NCBI GenBank assembly: GCA_038064495.1
Contig: JBBTSZ010000002.1
Location: 480,002 to 544,001, forward strand
Reading direction: 5' to 3'
DNA from: Patescibacteria group bacterium
GTDB lineage: Bacteria > Patescibacteriota > Minisyncoccia > Phycocordibacterales > Phycocordibacteraceae
Length of the DNA: 64,000 nucleotides
A program made the position numbers and the translations under genes. The notes under the pieces were generated by a model. The model searched no databases and had not been told where the DNA came from. It saw only the letters and a list, made by a program, of their open reading frames with translations. Positions 59,262-64,000 of this stretch are shown one piece after another (within the stretch, counting starts at the first letter, position 1; each line of letters opens with the position of its first letter).

Positions 59262-61337
59262 CTACACGTCTAGGTTTGCAAGCTTTGCATTGGACTGAAT
59301 AAATGACTTTCGACTTGGCACATCAGTACCCATGAGGATGTCAAAAATGCGATCCGCTTCAGACGCATCGTCCACTGTCACCCGCTTCAGGACACGACGT
59401 TCCGGGTCCATGGTGGTTTCCCACAGCTCAGACGCATTCATTTCTCCAAGACCTTTGTAGCGCTGTATGGTGAACTTCGTTGCCTTCTTTGCGATTGCCG
59501 CTACTTCTTCTTCCTCGGTTGGTTCAGGTCCTTCCTCATCAAGCACGGCTTCAATCACTTCCGCGTCTTTGCCGACAATCTTCTCCTTTTCTTCGTCAGA
59601 GTACGCGTAGTACACCTCCTTACCGCGCTTTATTTTGTAGAGTGGTGGCTGTGCAATATAGATGAATCCCCCATCAATCACCGCGCGGAAGTGGCGGTAG
59701 AACAACGTCAAAATAAGGGTACGAATGTGAGCGCCGTCCACATCAGCATCCGTCGCAATGATGACCTTGTGGTAGCGAAGTTTGGAAAGGTCAAAGATGT
59801 CGCCAATCGCGGTACCAAGTGCAATCACGAGATTCTTAATCTGCTCACTGGCGAGCATCTTATCTAGGCGTGCGCGTTCAATATTCAAAATCTTTCCGCG
59901 AAGCGGGAGGATGGCCTGGGTACGGCGATCACGTCCGGTTTTTGCGGTACCACCGGCGGAGTCTCCCTCCACAATAAAGAGTTCTGACTCCTCAGCTGAT
60001 TTACTCTGACAATCAGCAAGCTTACCGGGAAGCGTCATGCCCTCAAGAGCGCCCTTACGAAGCACCGAGTCTTTGGCGGCCTTTGCAGCCTTACGCGCTT
60101 TAAGGGCGAGCAGTACCTTGTTCACAATGGCACGCCCGTCGTCAGGATTCTCCTCAAGGAAGCTTGCAAGCGCAGAACCAAACACCGTCGCAACCGCGCC
60201 CTGTGCCTCCACGGAACCGAGCTTGCCTTTGGTTTGTCCTTCAAACTGAATCTCCGGCATTTTTACGGAAATAACCGCAGTGAGTCCCTCAAGCACATCG
60301 TCACCCGTAAAGTTTTCTTCACTCTCTTTCAAAATACCAGCAGAGCGTCCGTAGGTATTTAGGGTTCGAGTAAGTGCCGTCTTAAAACCGGTGACGTGGG
60401 TTCCCTGCTCCGGGTTGTAGATATTGTTTGCAAACGCCATTAAGCGCGGCGTGATGTCGTCGGTGTATTGAAAGGCGACCTCAACGGCAACGTCGTTCTC
60501 GGTCTGGTCAACATAGAAAATATTTTTGTGTGCAACGGTCTGATGTTTGTTATAGAACCCAATGAGTGAACGGAGACCTCCTTCAAAGAAAAAGGACATG
60601 GACGGCATTTCAAGAGCGAGTTCGCGCACATACCACACGCTGTCGGTATCAAGTTTGCCTGCGGTGCGCGCGTCTATAACACAAATACGGGTGCCCTTCA
60701 CGAGGTAGGCCTGCTGACGAAGGTGCGCCACAATCTTCTCCCAATTCCAACTGATGCCTTCTTTGAAGATGGTCGCGTCTGGCTTGAACATCACAACAGA
60801 ACCTTGATGAGAAGTCTTTCCGACTACCTTGACCTTTGCCTTTGCCTTTCCTATCTCGTACTCCTGCATGTGAATGCTGCCGTCTTTGTGGACGAGCACT
60901 TTGGTGTGTTCAGAAAGTGCGTTTACCACGGATGCTCCCACACCATGGAGACCTCCGGAAACTTTGTAGCCTGAGTCCTCACCTCCGAACTTACCGCCGG
61001 CGTGAAGCGTGGTCATGATGGTCTCCAGTGCTGAGACTTTGGTCTTTGGATGAATACCGACTGGAATACCGCGACCGTTATCTACGACGCGCACGTAGCC
61101 GTCTGGGAGAAGTACGACTTCAATATCGTTCGCAAAACCACCCATCGCCTCGTCGCGTGAGTTATCAAAAATCTCCCAAATGAGGTGGTGCAGACCGTCG
61201 GGGCCGGTGGTCCCGATGTACATGCCCGGACGCTTACGGACTGGTTCAAGACCCTCAAGAACGGTAATACTTGAGGCATCGTAATCGCCGCTCTTGGAAG
61301 CGGCTTTTTTAGCAGTTTTAACCTCCTTTTTGGCCAT
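59262..61337 (-). CDS. gyrB: Type IIA topoisomerase B subunit (DNA gyrase B / ParE)
   Basis: GHKL ATPase motifs plus a TOPRIM EGDSAGG and PLRGKILN. Confidence 0.9.
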   Translation of the reverse strand: MAKKEVKTAKKAASKSGDYDASSITVLEGLEPVRKRPGMYIGTTGPDGLHHLIWEIFDNSRDEAMGGFANDIEVVLLPDGYVRVVDNGRGIPVGIHPKTKVSALETIMTTLHAGGKFGGEDSGYKVSGGLHGVGASVVNALSEHTKVLVHKDGSIHMQEYEIGKAKAKVKVVGKTSHQGSVVMFKPDATIFKEGISWNWEKIVAHLRQQAYLVKGTRICVIDARTAGKLDTDSVWYVRELALEMPSMSFFFEGGLRSLIGFYNKHQTVAHKNIFYVDQTENDVAVEVAFQYTDDITPRLMAFANNIYNPEQGTHVTGFKTALTRTLNTYGRSAGILKESEENFTGDDVLEGLTAVISVKMPEIQFEGQTKGKLGSVEAQGAVATVFGSALASFLEENPDDGRAIVNKVLLALKARKAAKAAKDSVLRKGALEGMTLPGKLADCQSKSAEESELFIVEGDSAGGTAKTGRDRRTQAILPLRGKILNIERARLDKMLASEQIKNLVIALGTAIGDIFDLSKLRYHKVIIATDADVDGAHIRTLILTLFYRHFRAVIDGGFIYIAQPPLYKIKRGKEVYYAYSDEEKEKIVGKDAEVIEAVLDEEGPEPTEEEEVAAIAKKATKFTIQRYKGLGEMNASELWETTMDPERRVLKRVTVDDASEADRIFDILMGTDVPSRKSFIQSNAKLANLDV

Positions 61338-61726
61338 ATTTCGTAGTTAGAGTATAGCATATTTACTACCCCACGTCTTCCTTCTTTTTGTATGAAAAGG
61401 GCCCCACGAATGCTCGTGAGGCCCTGCTGAAGAAGGATTCGAATCCTGGCTTACGCGTACTGGGAATGCTCCCGATGCTGGCTCGGATCGCCTCCCCTCT
61501 GGATTCGCCGTCGTTCCTTCTTGGCCTGGATTTGGTTGCTCGACTTGCCAGGGGCCTTGCTGGTTGTTTGGCCTTTGTTGACCTTATGAGTCAAGTGACA
61601 CCTCCTTATATCGTGAGCGATAGTGCCCACAATGTACGAGACTACGGCATGCAATGATTCTGGTCAATTGGGGTGCGAACTACGTTTGCTTGAATAAGCA
61701 CCCATTATTAACTACACTCTCTACAC

Positions 61727-62881
61727 ATGGACATATCAATTGATAAAGGAGACGAGCTACGTCTACGCAGCGAACTTGAGGGACGTACCGACTTTGAGGC
61801 AGCACGCATCAGGCGCTACCTCGCTATGCCGGACCTGTCCCGTACGCCGGGCAGTCCGCTTGCTGAGATTGTGGATCGTGTTAAAGCCGTTCCAGAGCTT
61901 GCTGGATTCGATGTCATTGAAATACCGGAAATTGTTCCGGCTGACGTTTCATTTGATTTGTTTGACTTCCCCGCCGACCACCCTGCACGCAGTCACTCTG
62001 ACACCTATTATGTTGACGATACCAACATTCTTCGCACACACGATACGGTCTTTTGGTACTATTACCTCAATCACCCTACGATTAAGGAGCGCATCGCGAA
62101 AGGAGAATCTATGGGTGCGCTCTGCTACGGCAAGGTGTATCGAAAAGACGAGATAGATAGTCGCCATATGAATATCTTTCATCAGCTTGGTGGGTGGTAC
62201 ATAACACCAGCCAGCCAGCCTATCGTTGCAGATGACCTTAAAAAAGTCCTCGGCGATATTGTGCACTCGGTCTTTGGTCCTGAGATGATCTACCGAGTAA
62301 ACGATGACACGTTCCCATATACCGACCCGTCCTTTGAGGTAGAAGTGAGCGTCAAAGGTACCGCTGCAGAAGGCCCTGCACGTGGTGACTGGCTTGAGGT
62401 TCTTGGTAGTGGTATGCCGAAGGCCTCCGTTATGGAAGCGCTCGGTGGTAGTGGCTACCATGGGTGGGCATTTGGGTTTGGTATTGAACGACTCGCCATC
62501 ATCTCCATGGCACTCCCCGACATTCGCCTTCTCTGGTCTGACGATGAGCGCATCAAGCGACAACTGGTACTCGGTCAAGCGTTTACACAAGTGAGCAAAT
62601 ATCCGCCGATTACTCGAGACATTTCTTTTATCGTTACGGATGATTTTATTCCCAACGATTACTTTGAACTCGTGCGCGATATCGCGGGCGACCTTGTTGA
62701 GGAAGTTGCACTCATTGACCGCTACGAGAATGTAGAGAAATTCGGTGCTGGAAAGGTCAGCTATGCCTACCGCATTACCTATCGCTCTTTAAATCGTACA
62801 CTCACGAGCGAAGAGATAGATATCCTCCACAAGAAGCTTGAAACCGCGACCGCTGAGACCTACAGCGCCACAGTTCGTTAA
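61727..62881 (+). CDS. pheS: Phenylalanyl-tRNA synthetase, monomeric (mitochondrial-like) type: PheS catalytic core fused to C-terminal FDX-ACB anticodon-binding domain
   Basis: HPARSHSDTYY, GKVYRKD, FHQLGG and FGIERLAI class II motifs; the C-terminus SKYPPITRDISFIV...IDRYEN...GKVSYAYRITYRSLNRTLTSEEID matches the PheT FDX-ACB domain. Confidence 0.8.
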   Translation: MDISIDKGDELRLRSELEGRTDFEAARIRRYLAMPDLSRTPGSPLAEIVDRVKAVPELAGFDVIEIPEIVPADVSFDLFDFPADHPARSHSDTYYVDDTNILRTHDTVFWYYYLNHPTIKERIAKGESMGALCYGKVYRKDEIDSRHMNIFHQLGGWYITPASQPIVADDLKKVLGDIVHSVFGPEMIYRVNDDTFPYTDPSFEVEVSVKGTAAEGPARGDWLEVLGSGMPKASVMEALGGSGYHGWAFGFGIERLAIISMALPDIRLLWSDDERIKRQLVLGQAFTQVSKYPPITRDISFIVTDDFIPNDYFELVRDIAGDLVEEVALIDRYENVEKFGAGKVSYAYRITYRSLNRTLTSEEIDILHKKLETATAETYSATVR

Positions 62882-62942
62882 AACCATGCGTCCCCTCCTT
62901 TCAGCTTTTAAAATAGGCTTTTTTTGCTAGACTCTACCCATA

Positions 62943-63063
62943 GGGCACCGGGAAAAGCGTCATAGGCAAGGCGCGGGAAGACGACGAGCGCAGGCGTATC
63001 ATGTATACGACGTAGCGTGGAGTCGGGACCCGCAACGAGGCATATGGTGCTTTTCGCAAGCCC
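62943..63063 (+). repeat. Copy C of the structured intergenic element family
   Basis: AAGGCGCGGG...GGCGTATCATGTATACGACG...GGGACCCGCAACGAGG; the outer helix is GGAAAAGCG/GCTTTTCGC. Confidence 0.6.
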
Positions 63064-63070
63064 GCTCATC

Positions 63071-64000
63071 ATGCATCTCGAAGTCTTTGCCTACCCCTTT
63101 ATCTTTGTATCCCTCTTTTTTGAGGTGTTTTTACTGGTGACTTTCTTCTCAAGTCCGGCACGTGCACAGCGTGACCGTAAAGCTTCCACAAAGACTCCCT
63201 ACATTGCAATGATCGTTCCCTGTTTCAACGAGGAGACTACGATTAGGGGAACGGTGGATTCTCTTCTCGCACTTACCTATCCAAAGGACCGTCTCAGTAT
63301 CGTGCTCGTGAACGACGGCTCCACCGACAACACGAAAGAGATTATGGATACCTTTGCTGGCAATCCACAGATTCAGATTCTCCATAAAGAGAATGGTGGA
63401 AAACATTCTGCTATTAATGCCGGTATTGAAATGTCTCCGCAGGCAGAGTTTGTGGGGTGTCTTGATGCAGATTCATTCGTCGCACCGGATGCGCTTCGAG
63501 AAATCATTTCTTGCTTTGATAATCCGCGTGTTGCTGCTGCAACCCCTGCGATGAGTGTGTACAAACCCGAGACCCTGCTTGAGCGTATGCAAAACGCCGA
63601 ATTCATTTTCGGTATTGCACTTCGTCACATTGTGGCAGCCGTGAACGGTCTCTACGTAACGCCAGGACCGTTTTCTCTCTACCGCGTTTCGGTACTCAAA
63701 GAGATTGGCGGTTTCCGGTTTGGCCACCAGGCGGAGGATATGGAGATGGCACTTCGCATACAGCGCCATGGCTACGAAATAGATAACGCACCACGTGCAC
63801 GCGTCTTCGCAAAAAGTCCTCAGACCGTTCGCGGGCTGATTAAACAACGCACGCGCTGGACCAGTGGATTCCTTCGTAACGTGTCCTATGACTACCGTGA
63901 TATGGTCGGGAACGTACGCTACGGAGCACTTGGCATCATGATTCTGCCACTTGGCTTTATTGCGGTTGCTGGTGGCATCCTTATGTTCTTCCTTGGACTC
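63071..64000 (+). CDS. Family 2 processive glycosyltransferase (PgaC/IcaA/NodC-like); 3' end runs off the window
   Basis: Hand-translated frame with no stop before the window end, carrying DGSTDN, DADS and QRTRW (QxxRW) motifs; two N-terminal TM helices. Confidence 0.75.
   Translation, partial: MHLEVFAYPFIFVSLFFEVFLLVTFFSSPARAQRDRKASTKTPYIAMIVPCFNEETTIRGTVDSLLALTYPKDRLSIVLVNDGSTDNTKEIMDTFAGNPQIQILHKENGGKHSAINAGIEMSPQAEFVGCLDADSFVAPDALREIISCFDNPRVAAATPAMSVYKPETLLERMQNAEFIFGIALRHIVAAVNGLYVTPGPFSLYRVSVLKEIGGFRFGHQAEDMEMALRIQRHGYEIDNAPRARVFAKSPQTVRGLIKQRTRWTSGFLRNVSYDYRDMVGNVRYGALGIMILPLGFIAVAGGILMFFLGL

Noticed and set aside
61451-61654. 67-aa basic minus-strand ORF in the gyrB-pheS spacer
   Set aside because: No RBS, low-complexity basic composition, and it overlaps a structured region; more likely non-coding.
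1-64000. CRISPR arrays, integrases, transposases or phage structural genes
   Set aside because: No short direct-repeat/spacer arrays and no recognisable recombinase or phage motifs were seen on either strand.

Overview
This 64-kb window is bacterial chromosome with ~50-52% GC, canonical sigma70-type promoters (TTGACA-N16/17-TATTAT) and many GC-hairpin/T-run intrinsic terminators. Most of it is housekeeping: hisS; a dnaG-rpoD unit; rpoB-rpoC; an rpsP-KH-trmD unit; rnr, rnc, a nusB fusion, rpmF, rnhB, dnaE, thrS, gyrB, an unusual pheS, an SMC-like gene and gdh. Several of these show domain losses, fusions or basic/low-complexity tails; together with a sortase, Flp pilins and lower-GC insertions (an R-M pair, Nudix genes) this suggests a reduced-genome, possibly Patescibacteria/CPR-like organism (inference only). 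The accessory content is a two-component system next to an interrupted TMEM175-like channel gene, two tandem Flp-type pilin genes upstream of a UvrD-nuclease helicase, a Type II R-M pair, a sortase and repeat-rich surface proteins. The features I rate highest are a three-copy family of ~115-120-nt structured intergenic elements with compensatory base changes, a tRNA-like/tmRNA-like structured RNA region immediately upstream of RNase R, a perfect 19-bp inverted-repeat RNA-like element beside the R-M pair, a monomeric (mitochondrial-type) PheRS, a NusB-Nudix fusion, an RpoD with a histone-H1-like N-terminus, and a DnaG with a degenerate zinc ribbon. No CRISPR array, integrase or transposase was seen.
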